Origin: Patescibacteria group bacterium
GTDB lineage: Bacteria > Patescibacteriota > Patescibacteriia > SG8-24 > DYFX01
Direction of reading: 5' to 3'
Assembly: GCA_038062835.1 (NCBI GenBank)
Contig: JBBTWH010000001.1
Coordinates: 42,982-106,981, forward strand
Length of the DNA stretch: 64,000 nucleotides
The translations under genes were made by a program, and so were the position numbers. Below the pieces are notes generated by a model, which did no database searches, was not told where the DNA came from, and saw nothing but the letters and a program-made list of their open reading frames with translations. Shown piece by piece: positions 40,117 to 49,215 of this stretch. Position 1 is the stretch's first letter. Every line of letters starts with the position of its first letter.

Positions 40117-40410
40117 TCAGACGTGGCCGAACATCCACTCGCGGGTGTCCGGGTCGCCGAATTTCTCGTCGTACTGCCTGGCCATCTCTTCGCTCGTGAG
40201 CTTGGCGGCGCCGGCGGCGTAGATTTCGACGGCCAGTTTCTGCCAGGCGACCGCATCGGCTTCGCCGAGCTTGGCCATGGCCGCGTCCAAGCGGCCGAAG
40301 AACGCCTCCATGTTTCCTTCCGCCAACGCCGCTTTCGCTTCTTCGAAGGCCAGATCCTGCTCGTTCCGTTCGGTCCGTTCGATCGGGGCTTCGGGCATGC
40401 GTTCAGACAT
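40117..40410 (-). CDS. Hypothetical helical protein
   Basis: 97-aa ORF directly after rnhA with typical codon use. Confidence 0.6.
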   Translation of the reverse strand: MSERMPEAPIERTERNEQDLAFEEAKAALAEGNMEAFFGRLDAAMAKLGEADAVAWQKLAVEIYAAGAAKLTSEEMARQYDEKFGDPDTREWMFGHV

Positions 40411-40421
40411 GGGGGGCGGTC

Positions 40422-40841
40422 CTATTTCTTAAGATGCCGGTCGAGCGCCTTGTTGACCTGCGCGTCGGCTTCCGTGTTGTACTCGCGACGGACGTGCTTG
40501 AAGGTGACTTTCTTGAAGGCGATGCGCTCGTTGTGGATCAGCATGTAGATCGAGGCGAGCCCGGCGTCCTTCACCTTGTACTCCCCCGTCAGCTGTTTCA
40601 CCGCGAGTTCGGAGTCCATGCGCATCTCGAGCGTCTCCGCGCCGAGTTCGCGCGCCTTGCGGATGGCGGCGAGGATGCCCTTGTACTCGGCTTGGTTGTT
40701 GGTGGTGATGCCGACGTATTCGCCGTGCCCCGCGATCGATTCGCCGTCGGGCGTCTTGATGACGTAGCCGTACGCCGAAGGACCGGGGTTCCCGCGGGAA
40801 CCGCCGTCGCTATACGAAATCAGGTGCTTGTGGACGGCCAT
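40422..40841 (-). CDS. rnhA: Ribonuclease HI family
   Basis: DGGSRGNPG, TNNQAEY, DSEL, HV.RE.N..AD. Confidence 0.93.
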   Translation of the reverse strand: MAVHKHLISYSDGGSRGNPGPSAYGYVIKTPDGESIAGHGEYVGITTNNQAEYKGILAAIRKARELGAETLEMRMDSELAVKQLTGEYKVKDAGLASIYMLIHNERIAFKKVTFKHVRREYNTEADAQVNKALDRHLKK

Positions 40842-40912
40842 AAATACAGGGGGAAGTATAACATAAGGCCTACTCCTCCGTGGCCTTACCCCCCCCAGCC
40901 TACCCTTTCAAA

Positions 40913-40977
40913 TCTCCAATAACGCACGGCCGTGCGTTATTGGAGAAAAGAAAGCCCCTCTTTGGAAGAGAGGGGCT
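40913..40977. repeat. Two adjacent palindromic (REP-like) elements
   Basis: Perfect 34-bp palindrome 40913-40946; AGCCCCTCT-ttggaag-AGAGGGGCT at 40953-40977. Confidence 0.7.
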
Positions 40978-40992
40978 GGAGTGAGTGGGGAT

Positions 40993-42753
40993 TTAGGACT
41001 GGATCTCCGAAGTCCGAATATCGACGACCCTCCCTTGCGGCTCGACGCGGCCTTGCCATTCGTTGAGATCGAGCTCGACGACGGCGTCGATTGGACCGCC
41101 GATCGGGAGATCGACCAGCCTCGGACCGAACCCGAAGCCGATGAGCTTCAGGCGTCCGCCTTTGTCGTCGACGACGGTCAGCTGGAGGTGCTTACCCTCT
41201 GCGCCGACTTGCCGCGACGAGGCGACGCGTCCTCCGCGCAGGAGGAAGCGCGGACGAGGGTTGCCCTCGCCGTGCGGTTCGAGCGCCTTCAGTTCCCTGA
41301 TGAGCCCGACGGAGACCTCGTGCACCGCCGCCTCTTCCTCGATCTCGATCGAGGGCGTGAGGTCGGCGGAACCGAGCGTGGCGTCGGCGTGAGCGACGAA
41401 GGCCCTCTTGAAGGCCTCGAAGTTCTCGTCGCCGACGATGGTCATCCCGCAGGCGGCCGGGTGGCCGCCGAACTTCTGGATATGTTCGGAACACGCGCGC
41501 AGGGCACCCGTGACGTCGAAGCCTGGGATGCTACGGCCGGAACCGACGTATCTCGCAGCGGAAGGAACTCCCCCTGCCCCCTCTTGCTCCAAGAGGGGGG
41601 AAAGTCGAGTCTGACGTCCTAGGGCGATGACGGGGCGGTAGTGCTCGTCGACGAGCTTGGAGGCGACCAGGCCGCACAGCGCGGCCGGCCAGCCCTGTCC
41701 CGCCACGACGATAGCGCTCTGCGTCGCTTGCGCGGCGCCCATCACGAAGGCCTCTTCCATGATGTTTGCGGTCGCTTTCTGGCGGTCCGTGTTGTGGCCG
41801 TGCAGGACTTCGGCGCGGACTTCCGCGTCCTCCGACGTTTCCGCCGTCAGCAGCCCGAAGGCGGCATCGGCGTGCTCCATGCGTCCGGCCGCGTTGATGC
41901 GGGGCGCGATGCGGAAGCCGATGGACATGGCATCGAGAACCTCGTCGTCGCGGCGCACGCCGTCGATGAGGGTCTTGAGGCCGAGGCGTTTCGTCTTGTT
42001 GAGGACCACGAGCCCGTAGTGCACGAGCGCGCGGTTCTCGCCGACGAGCTTGCCCATGTCGGCGACGGTGGAGATGGAGACCATATCGAGCAGCCACTTC
42101 TCGTGGCCCTCGGGGAGATGCGCTTCTTTCCAGAGCGCCTGGCAGAGCTTGAAGGCCACGCCGCCGCCCGTGAGGTGGCGGAACGGATACGTCTCGCCTT
42201 CGCGCAGCGGATGCAGGATGGCGTAGGCGGGCGGAAGCTCGGGCGGCAGGGTGTGGTGATCGGTGACGATGACGTCGATGCCGAGCGAGACCGCCAGCGT
42301 GATTTCCTTGCCGCTCGAGATGCCGCAGTCGCAGGTGATGATGACCTTGGTTCCCTCCGCGGCCATCTTCTCGATCGACGGGGAGTTCATGCCGTAGCCG
42401 TCCTTCTCGCGATGCGGCAGGTACACCGACACGTCGGCGCCGATGGCCTTGAGCGTCGAGTGGAGCACGACCGAACCGGAGACGCCGTCGGCGTCATAGT
42501 CGCCGTGGACGACGATCTTCTCGCCGGTCTTCGCTGCCTTCATCAGACGGTCGACGGCCTTGCGCATATCAAGGAACAGGAACGGATCGTGGACATCACG
42601 ATCCCAGGAAGGATGCAAGAACCCGTCGGCCTCGGCGGCCGTGCGGATGCCTCTTCTCCACAGGAGCGCGGCGATGAGCCGCGAATGTCCCGCCAGCGCC
42701 GTGAAGGCTTCCTGCGGGACCGCTTCGGCCATCTTCCAGCGTTTTTGACCCAT
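40993..42753 (-). CDS. recJ: ssDNA exonuclease RecJ
   Basis: GDYDADG, DCG, TDHH, PRINAAGR, GSGRS, FGGH..A.G. Confidence 0.95.
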   Translation of the reverse strand: MGQKRWKMAEAVPQEAFTALAGHSRLIAALLWRRGIRTAAEADGFLHPSWDRDVHDPFLFLDMRKAVDRLMKAAKTGEKIVVHGDYDADGVSGSVVLHSTLKAIGADVSVYLPHREKDGYGMNSPSIEKMAAEGTKVIITCDCGISSGKEITLAVSLGIDVIVTDHHTLPPELPPAYAILHPLREGETYPFRHLTGGGVAFKLCQALWKEAHLPEGHEKWLLDMVSISTVADMGKLVGENRALVHYGLVVLNKTKRLGLKTLIDGVRRDDEVLDAMSIGFRIAPRINAAGRMEHADAAFGLLTAETSEDAEVRAEVLHGHNTDRQKATANIMEEAFVMGAAQATQSAIVVAGQGWPAALCGLVASKLVDEHYRPVIALGRQTRLSPLLEQEGAGGVPSAARYVGSGRSIPGFDVTGALRACSEHIQKFGGHPAACGMTIVGDENFEAFKRAFVAHADATLGSADLTPSIEIEEEAAVHEVSVGLIRELKALEPHGEGNPRPRFLLRGGRVASSRQVGAEGKHLQLTVVDDKGGRLKLIGFGFGPRLVDLPIGGPIDAVVELDLNEWQGRVEPQGRVVDIRTSEIQS

Positions 42754-42760
42754 GGGCCTA

Positions 42761-42889
42761 TTAGTACCCGTAGAAGGCCGTGGAGACAAGCATGCTGGTC
42801 AGGACGAGCAGGCAGAGCAACGCCCAGCCCTTCTTGACCCAGTCGCGCCGACGCCACTTTTTCTTCTTGATGATCTTGTCGTCATTCAT
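42761..42889 (-). CDS. Small basic membrane protein (42 aa)
   Basis: MNDDKIIKKKKWRRRDWVKKGWALLCLLVLTSMLVSTAFYGY fills the lepA-recJ gap. Confidence 0.6.
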   Translation of the reverse strand: MNDDKIIKKKKWRRRDWVKKGWALLCLLVLTSMLVSTAFYGY

Positions 42890-42893
42890 ATGA

Positions 42894-44744
42894 TCATTTC
42901 CCTTCGTCACGTCGTTTCAGGACCGCGATGAACGCCTCGGGCGGGATGTCGACGCCGCCGGCCGCGAGACCCATCATCTTCTTCTTGCCCTTCTTCTGCT
43001 TCTCGAGGAGCTTCTTCTTGCGCGTCACGTCGCCGCCGTAGAGGTAGCCGGTGACGTCCTTGCTGAACGGCTTGATGCGCTCGGAGGCCACGATCTTGCC
43101 GCCGATGGCGGCCTGGATCTTGATCTCGAACTGCGTCCGCTCGATCTCCTCCTTCAGGATCTCGCAGACGCGCCGACCGATGCGCGTGGCGTCGTCCTCG
43201 TAGACCATCATCGAGAGCGCCTCGACGGGGTCTTCCGCCACCAGGATGGACATCTTCACGACCTCGGCCGGGCGATATTCGGTGAACTCGTAGTTCATCG
43301 AGGCGTAACCGGAAGACACGCTCTTCAATTTATCATAAAAGTCGACCAGGATGGCCGAGAGCGGCATCTCGAAATGCATGATGACGCGCGCGCCGACCAC
43401 GTCGTCGACGGCGGCGGCCGACTCGACGCCCGTCAGGTATTCCATCGTCTTGTAGATGCCGCGCTTGTCGACGACCATGCCCATCACGCCGCCGATGTAC
43501 TGCTTAGGCGTGACGATGTCGAGCTTGACCCACGGCTCGTGGATGCGGTCGACCTTGCTCATGTCGGGAAGTTCCGACGGCGACTTGATCATGATCGAGC
43601 CGCCGTGCTTGAGGTCGACCTGGTAGGCGACGCTCGGGACCGTGACGATGAGATCGAGATTATATTCGCGCGTCAGGCGCTCCTGCAGGATTTCGAGATG
43701 TAGCAATCCGAGCAATCCACAGCGGAAGCCGAAGCCGAGCGCCGAGGATTGTTCGGGCTCGAAGGCGAGCGAGGCGTCGGAGAGTTTCAGCTTCAAAAGC
43801 CCTTCGCGCAGGCGGTTGAATTCGTCGCCCTCCTTCGGGAAGACGCCAGCGAAGACCATCGGCTTGATCTCCTTATAACCTGGCAGAGGCTGGAGGCCGC
43901 GCGCTTTCCAATCCGAGACGGTGATGGTGTCGCCAACGCGGCAGGCGGAGATGTCCTTGTGTCCCGTCACGATGTAACCGATCTCGCCGGCGGAGAGCGC
44001 GGCGGACTGCATCAGCTTGGGACGGAACCAGCCGACTTCCAAGACTTCGTTCTGCGCGAGCGTGGCGGTGAGCTGGGCCTGGACGCCGCGCTTCACGGAG
44101 CCTTCGACGATGCGCACGAAGGCGACGACGCCTTTGTATTCGTCGTAGATGGAATCGAAGATGAGCGCGCGGAGCGGCTTCTCGTTCTCGATCTTGGGAG
44201 GAGGCACGCGCGCGATGACGGCGTCGACGATTTCCTGGATGCCCTGTCCCGTCTTGCCGGAGGCCAGGATGATCTCCTCGCGCCTGCAACCGAGGAGCTG
44301 CATGAATTCCGCGGCGGTCTTCTCGACGTCGGCCGCGGGCATGTCGATCTTGTTGATGACCGGGATGATCTCGAGACCCTGCTCGATGGCGAGGTAGAGG
44401 TTGCCGATGGTCTGCGCCTGGACGCCCTGCGTGGCGTCGACGAGCAGGATGGCGCCTTCGACGGCGGCCAGCGAACGCGAAACCTCGTAGGTGAAGTCCA
44501 CGTGTCCCGGCGTGTCGATGAGGTTCAGGATGTAGTCCTTGTCCCCTGCCTTGTAGTCCATGCGGACCGGCTGGAGCTTGATGGTGATGCCGCGCTCGCG
44601 CTCGAGGTCCATCGTGTCGAGCAGCTGGGCCTTCATCTCGCGCTTTTCGACGGTGCCGGTGAATTCCAAGAAGCGGTCGGCCAGGGTGGATTTCCCGTGG
44701 TCGATGTGCGCGATGATGCAGAAATTGCGGATCTCGGCGGGCAT
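42894..44744 (-). CDS. lepA: Elongation factor 4
   Basis: IRNFCIIAHIDHGKSTLADR, LYGGDVTRK.KLL. Confidence 0.98.
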   Translation of the reverse strand: MPAEIRNFCIIAHIDHGKSTLADRFLEFTGTVEKREMKAQLLDTMDLERERGITIKLQPVRMDYKAGDKDYILNLIDTPGHVDFTYEVSRSLAAVEGAILLVDATQGVQAQTIGNLYLAIEQGLEIIPVINKIDMPAADVEKTAAEFMQLLGCRREEIILASGKTGQGIQEIVDAVIARVPPPKIENEKPLRALIFDSIYDEYKGVVAFVRIVEGSVKRGVQAQLTATLAQNEVLEVGWFRPKLMQSAALSAGEIGYIVTGHKDISACRVGDTITVSDWKARGLQPLPGYKEIKPMVFAGVFPKEGDEFNRLREGLLKLKLSDASLAFEPEQSSALGFGFRCGLLGLLHLEILQERLTREYNLDLIVTVPSVAYQVDLKHGGSIMIKSPSELPDMSKVDRIHEPWVKLDIVTPKQYIGGVMGMVVDKRGIYKTMEYLTGVESAAAVDDVVGARVIMHFEMPLSAILVDFYDKLKSVSSGYASMNYEFTEYRPAEVVKMSILVAEDPVEALSMMVYEDDATRIGRRVCEILKEEIERTQFEIKIQAAIGGKIVASERIKPFSKDVTGYLYGGDVTRKKKLLEKQKKGKKKMMGLAAGGVDIPPEAFIAVLKRRDEGK

Positions 44745-44797
44745 GTCGCGTCTACGCTATCAAAAAACCCCGACCGTTTCAAGGGTCGGGGGGTCGG

Positions 44798-45397
44798 TCA
44801 CATATGAGCGACCAGGAAACGACGAAGGGCGTACGGTTTGATCGGGACCAGATCGAAGCACCAGGAGTGCGCACCATGGAAGGCCCAGGGCGCGAACCAC
44901 ACGTGGCTCTGGTCGCGCCACGGCGATCCGAGCGCGACGATCGGGTAGAAGTGGATGAGATCCCGATACCGGTCTGAGAACGCCTCCATCTCGTGGAGAG
45001 TCACCGGGCGGTAGCGATAACGCGCCAACCGCTCGGTCGCGTCCGTCAGCGAGACCGGCCGCTTGAAGTCGACGAACTTGAGGCCGAGCGTGGCCGAGAC
45101 GAGGCCGGGCTGGCAAGGGAAGTACTTCGCCTTCAGGAAGCAGGCGACATGTTCGACGCGTCGTTCCTTGGTGATGCGCGCGAACAGGTCCTCGATCGGC
45201 ACGGCGTAGTCGACCGTCACGGTCCAATCGCGATCCTCCGGCACGGGCCGGTCTTCGTCCTCGTCTTCGATGGCGCACTGGATGCGCTCCATCGTCGCAT
45301 CGAACGGGAGCGTCCCTTCTTCGAGCCGTCGTTCCAGGTCCTTCAGCCTCTTGTGCAACTTCCGATACTGTTCGTCGGTGACACCTTTACGCGTCAT
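44798..45397 (-). CDS. Hypothetical protein resembling CPR C-type-lectin-fold (DGR-target-like) families
   Basis: AAGGAGG RBS; TVDY, RP.TL.E...F, YPIVALGS.W, terminal RFL. Confidence 0.6.
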   Translation of the reverse strand: MTRKGVTDEQYRKLHKRLKDLERRLEEGTLPFDATMERIQCAIEDEDEDRPVPEDRDWTVTVDYAVPIEDLFARITKERRVEHVACFLKAKYFPCQPGLVSATLGLKFVDFKRPVSLTDATERLARYRYRPVTLHEMEAFSDRYRDLIHFYPIVALGSPWRDQSHVWFAPWAFHGAHSWCFDLVPIKPYALRRFLVAHM

Positions 45398-45433
45398 GAC
45401 AAACCTCCTTGGTGCGGGAAATTCCGCGCGCGA

Positions 45434-45462
45434 AGTATGCAGTCGTATGGATGGCGCGTCAA
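45434..45462 (-). promoter_or_regulatory. sigma70 promoter of ORF 45397
   Basis: TTGACG-17 nt-CATACT. Confidence 0.6.
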
Positions 45463-45464
45463 GC

Positions 45465-45497
45465 GGAAAAGAAAGCCGCCCCTGCGAGGAGGGGCGG
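45465..45497 (-). terminator. Terminator of the putative ncRNA
   Basis: CCGCCCCT-cctcgc-AGGGGCGG followed by CTTTCTTTT on the minus strand. Confidence 0.7.
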
Positions 45498-45511
45498 ACT
45501 AAGATAACAAA

Positions 45512-45836
45512 GCGGTTGGTTTCCTTTAGCCCCAGGATGCTGACGGCACGAGGCCATTTGTGTACCCGACTGCTGGAGCCGCTGCGGTGGTCACGTCCTC
45601 GCGGACTTCTTCCACCGGTCGCCTGTCGCTGCGACCTTGGCGGTCCCTTAACCCCCGACGGCGCAATGCGCGACCGCTTCTGCACGCCGCCGGTTTTGGG
45701 CTAGCTCCCCGTCCTCCGACGGGTGTCGGAGGAGCTCCGCCCGGCTTACGCCGGTTCTGCTTAGAGGCGACTTATCATCCCGAAGGAAATGCGCCCCGAA
45801 AGGGAATCCCGATTTGGTTTCTTGGAACCCAACCGT
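45512..45836 (-). ncRNA. Putative large structured non-coding RNA (~325 nt), family unassigned, possibly raiA-motif-like
   Basis: End-to-end closing helix, UUCG/GNRA-capped hairpins on the minus strand, upstream TGnTACGCT, downstream terminator, no credible ORF. Confidence 0.72.
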
Positions 45837-45846
45837 TCCCAGCGTA

Positions 45847-47523
45847 TCACAGGTCCTGCGTGTCCGAAACCGCCAAGGGCTTCTCGAACTTCAAGAAGCG
45901 TCGATGCATGGCGCCGGCGATCGCCATCAGCTCTTCCGACTTCAGCAGATAGAGGACGAGCACATACGCCACGATGCCCAACAGGCTGGCGACGGACGCT
46001 TCCTTGAGCACCGAGAGGCTGCCGCGTGTGTCGAGAGTGACCATCCGCGGTTGGACGACCTGCCAGGCGACCCACGCGCACGCCGCCGCGCCGAGGAAGA
46101 ATTTCCCGAAGGCGCGCAGGATGCCGGCGCCGCCGATGCGGCCGAATTTTTTTCTGAGGACGAAGGCGAGGACGATCACCTGCAAGGCCGACGCGACCGA
46201 GAAGGCGGCGGCGAGCGCCAGGACGCGGACGTCATCCACGCCGAAGAGGCCGAGCCAGAGCCAGACGGTGGCCGCGCCCGGACCCGTCGAGAGCCAGGCC
46301 TTGCACGCGAGCGTCACGGCGATGTTGACCGCCATGGCGGCGAACGAGACCAGGACCGGGATGAAGGTGTTCTTGAGGGCGTAGAAAGCGCGGGCCAGGA
46401 GCGGCGCGAGGCCCTGGAACGCGAGCGAGACCGCGAAGACACCGAGCGAGGCGGCCGCGAGGCGCGTGTCGTTCCAGTCGAGCCCGCGCGCGCCGATCAG
46501 CACGCGGACGATGTGCACGCGGAGCACGACGGCCATAGCCGAGAGCGGGATCAGGAAGAACAGGATCTGCCGGAAGGTGGCGGCGAAGATGTCGCGGAAG
46601 CCGTCGCGATCGCCGCGGGCAGAAGCCTCCGAGAGCGCCGGGAAGGCCGCGATCGAGAACGGGATGGCGAAGGCGCCGAGCGGCACCGCCGAGATGTTCA
46701 TCGCCAGGTTGAAGAGAGCCGGGGCGCCGACGCCGAAGGTCGTGCCGATGGCCGTGCCGATGAACTGGCTGATCTGCGAGATGTCGACGCCGAGGACGCG
46801 CGGCAGGAAGAGCCGCCCGACCTCGCGCACGCCCTCGTGCTTCGCGTCGAGCGCGAAACGCAGCCGCCAGCCGAGCGCCATGGCCGGCGGGACCTGCACC
46901 AGGAGGTGCAGCACGGTGCCGATGATGGCGCCATACGCCACGCCCATGACACCGAACGGCTTCGAGAGGAAGACGATGCCGAAGATGATGGCGGCGTTGT
47001 AGATCGGCGGCGCGAAGGCCACCGCCAGGAAACGCCGGTTGGAGTTCAGGACGCTGGAGAAGACCGCCGAGAGCGCCAGGACGAACGGCGAGAGCATCAT
47101 CACCCGCGTCAGCATGATCGTCAGCTGGAGCTTCTCGCCGGTGAACCCGGGAGCGATGTGCGGCACCAGCCAGTGCGCGCCGAGCGAGAGCGCCAGGCTC
47201 AAGACGCCCATCACCACGGCCACGATCGAAAGGATGCGGTCCGTCATCCGCCAGGCTTCTTCGCGCCGGCCCTTCGCCAGGTATTCGGTGAAGACCGGGA
47301 TGAAGGCCGCCGCGAAGACGCCCAGGATGAGGAGCGCGAACAGGAAGTTCGGCACCTGGAACGAGGCGTAATAGGCGTCGAGCTCGTCGCCCACGCCGAA
47401 ACGCCCGACCAGCATGCGGTCGCGGAACAACCCGAGGATGCGCGACAGGATCGAACTGACGCCGATCAGGAGCGCGGCGCCGGCGATGGTCTTGGATTCC
47501 TGGTTGAAGAGCTTGGAGATCAT
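45847..47523 (-). CDS. murJ: Lipid II flippase MurJ (MviN)
   Basis: SRILGLFRD...FG....DAY..SF.VPN, AFIPVF, RAFYA. Confidence 0.93.
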   Translation of the reverse strand: MISKLFNQESKTIAGAALLIGVSSILSRILGLFRDRMLVGRFGVGDELDAYYASFQVPNFLFALLILGVFAAAFIPVFTEYLAKGRREEAWRMTDRILSIVAVVMGVLSLALSLGAHWLVPHIAPGFTGEKLQLTIMLTRVMMLSPFVLALSAVFSSVLNSNRRFLAVAFAPPIYNAAIIFGIVFLSKPFGVMGVAYGAIIGTVLHLLVQVPPAMALGWRLRFALDAKHEGVREVGRLFLPRVLGVDISQISQFIGTAIGTTFGVGAPALFNLAMNISAVPLGAFAIPFSIAAFPALSEASARGDRDGFRDIFAATFRQILFFLIPLSAMAVVLRVHIVRVLIGARGLDWNDTRLAAASLGVFAVSLAFQGLAPLLARAFYALKNTFIPVLVSFAAMAVNIAVTLACKAWLSTGPGAATVWLWLGLFGVDDVRVLALAAAFSVASALQVIVLAFVLRKKFGRIGGAGILRAFGKFFLGAAACAWVAWQVVQPRMVTLDTRGSLSVLKEASVASLLGIVAYVLVLYLLKSEELMAIAGAMHRRFLKFEKPLAVSDTQDL

Positions 47524-48629
47524 TTCAGCTTGAGGAGCTTGGCCGCCTGCCGCGCGATGGAGCCCTCCTCGTCGGTCGGTACCACCAGGTGCTTCAGCTT
47601 GAACGGCGCGAACCATCTCATGATCAGCACACGCATCTTGTCCGAGCGCTCGCCGATGCCGGCGGTGAAGACGACCGCGTCGCAGCCGCCCATGACGGCC
47701 ATGAACTGGCCGACGTAGCGCACGACGTCGTAGACGAACATCTCAAGCGCGAGCTTGGAACGCTTGTCCCCTCTCGAAGCGCCCTCCATCACGTCGCGCA
47801 TGTCCTTATGGCCGGAGATGCCGAGCGTGCCGGACTTCTTGTTCATCAGCTCATCGACCTGGTCCGGGGTCATCTTCAGTTCGCGGATGAGCCAGATGGG
47901 GATCTCCGAGTCGATGTCGCCGCAGCGCGTGGACATGGTGAGGCCTTCGAGCGGCGTGAAGCCCATCGAGGTGTCGACGGCCTTGCCGCCCTTCACCGCG
48001 GAGATGGAAGCGCCGCTGCCGAGATGGCAGGTGACGAGCTTCAGCTTGGAAAGAGGCTTCTTGAGTTTCTTGGCGGCTTCGGCCGCGACATATTCGTGCG
48101 AGATGCCATGGAAGCCGTACTTGCGCACGCCGTGCTTCTCGTAGAGCTCGTACGGCAGCGCGTACATGTAGGCGTAGTCCGGGATCTTCGTGTAGAAAGC
48201 CGTGTCGAAGACGGCGACGTTCGGCACGCTCGGCATCAGCTTCATGACGGCCTCGATACCCATCACGTTCGGCGGATTATGGAGCGGCGCGAGCTTGTAG
48301 TATTCCTTCAGCTGGGCGATGACCTTCGCGTCGATCTTCGTCGGCACCGTGAGCGCCGTGCCGCCGTGGACGACGCGGTGCCCGAACGCCTTCACTTTCT
48401 TCACGTCGAGACCGGCCTTCGCCAAGGCGGCGAAGGTCTTGGAAAGCGCGTCGGCGTGGTCGGGCACGGAAGCGAACGTCTCCCTGATCTCCTCGCCGCC
48501 GTTCTTGAACTTCAGGAACGGCTTGTCGAGGCCGATGCGTTCGACGATGCCCGAAGCCAGCGTCTTCATCTTGAGGTCGAAGACCTTGAACTTGAACGAG
48601 GAGGAGCCGGAGTTGATGACGAAGATCAT
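47520..48629 (-). CDS. ackA: Acetate kinase
   Basis: INSGSSS.K, GHRVVHGG, APLHNP, YGFHG.SH, TSMGFTPLEG. Confidence 0.96.
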   Translation of the reverse strand: MIFVINSGSSSFKFKVFDLKMKTLASGIVERIGLDKPFLKFKNGGEEIRETFASVPDHADALSKTFAALAKAGLDVKKVKAFGHRVVHGGTALTVPTKIDAKVIAQLKEYYKLAPLHNPPNVMGIEAVMKLMPSVPNVAVFDTAFYTKIPDYAYMYALPYELYEKHGVRKYGFHGISHEYVAAEAAKKLKKPLSKLKLVTCHLGSGASISAVKGGKAVDTSMGFTPLEGLTMSTRCGDIDSEIPIWLIRELKMTPDQVDELMNKKSGTLGISGHKDMRDVMEGASRGDKRSKLALEMFVYDVVRYVGQFMAVMGGCDAVVFTAGIGERSDKMRVLIMRWFAPFKLKHLVVPTDEEGSIARQAAKLLKLK

Positions 48630-49213
48630 GGCAGTTCAGCTATGGCGTCTGATGATTTACCCATCGGTCCGTGGCCGGGGACGATCCAGGCGGAGAGGCC
48701 GATGATCCTGCGGCGGCTGGCTTCGAGCGCGTCCTTGTCGCGGACGACCTTGAGGCGCGGGTCGGAGGGGCTGCGCACCCAGAGATCGCCCGCCATCGCC
48801 ACGACGCCTTCGGGCGCGTTCACGACGACCGCGCAATCGTGGTCGCTGTGGCCGCCGAGCTTCAGCACGTAGACGTCGTCGGTGATCGGCAGCGCCTCTT
48901 CCGGCCAATACGCGTGGATGGAGCCCTTCCAGCGCGATCCGGCGCCGACGTATTCGGCGTTCGGGAAGAGATGCAAGAGACCGGTGTGGTCAGGATGGAA
49001 ATGCGTGAGCACCACGACGTCCACCTTCAAGGGATCGACGTCGGCGGCTTCGAGCGCGGCGAGATAGGCCTCTTCCTCGCCGGCGTTGGCGACGTCGACG
49101 ACGATGCGGCGGCTGCCGTCCTCGATATACGTCGAGGTGCAGGTCACGTCGAAACGGGTGCCGCGCTCGATCCAGCGCCACCAGCCTTCGCGAATGACGC
49201 GGACGGAAGCCAT
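48626..49213 (-). CDS. Metallo-beta-lactamase fold hydrolase
   Basis: THFHPDH, GH, GD and PGHG motifs. Confidence 0.85.
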   Translation of the reverse strand: MASVRVIREGWWRWIERGTRFDVTCTSTYIEDGSRRIVVDVANAGEEEAYLAALEAADVDPLKVDVVVLTHFHPDHTGLLHLFPNAEYVGAGSRWKGSIHAYWPEEALPITDDVYVLKLGGHSDHDCAVVVNAPEGVVAMAGDLWVRSPSDPRLKVVRDKDALEASRRRIIGLSAWIVPGHGPMGKSSDAIAELP

Positions 49214-49215
49214 AT

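Noticed and set aside
45512-45836. RNase P RNA, tmRNA, SRP or 6S as identity of the structured region
   Set aside because: No GAGGAAAGUCC/terminal P4 pairing, no tRNA-like ends or T-loop, no SRP motif, and it is multi-branched and too long for 6S
45398-45952. ORF-track extension 45398-45685 and ORFs such as 45270-45704 and 45560-45952
   Set aside because: Low-complexity translations across a terminator and structured RNA; the real start at 45397 has a promoter and RBS
45814-47718. Long antisense ORFs opposite real genes (also 12772-14619, 33544-35241, 38114-39694 and others)
   Set aside because: Shadow frames expected from high GC3 codon bias; no recognisable motifs
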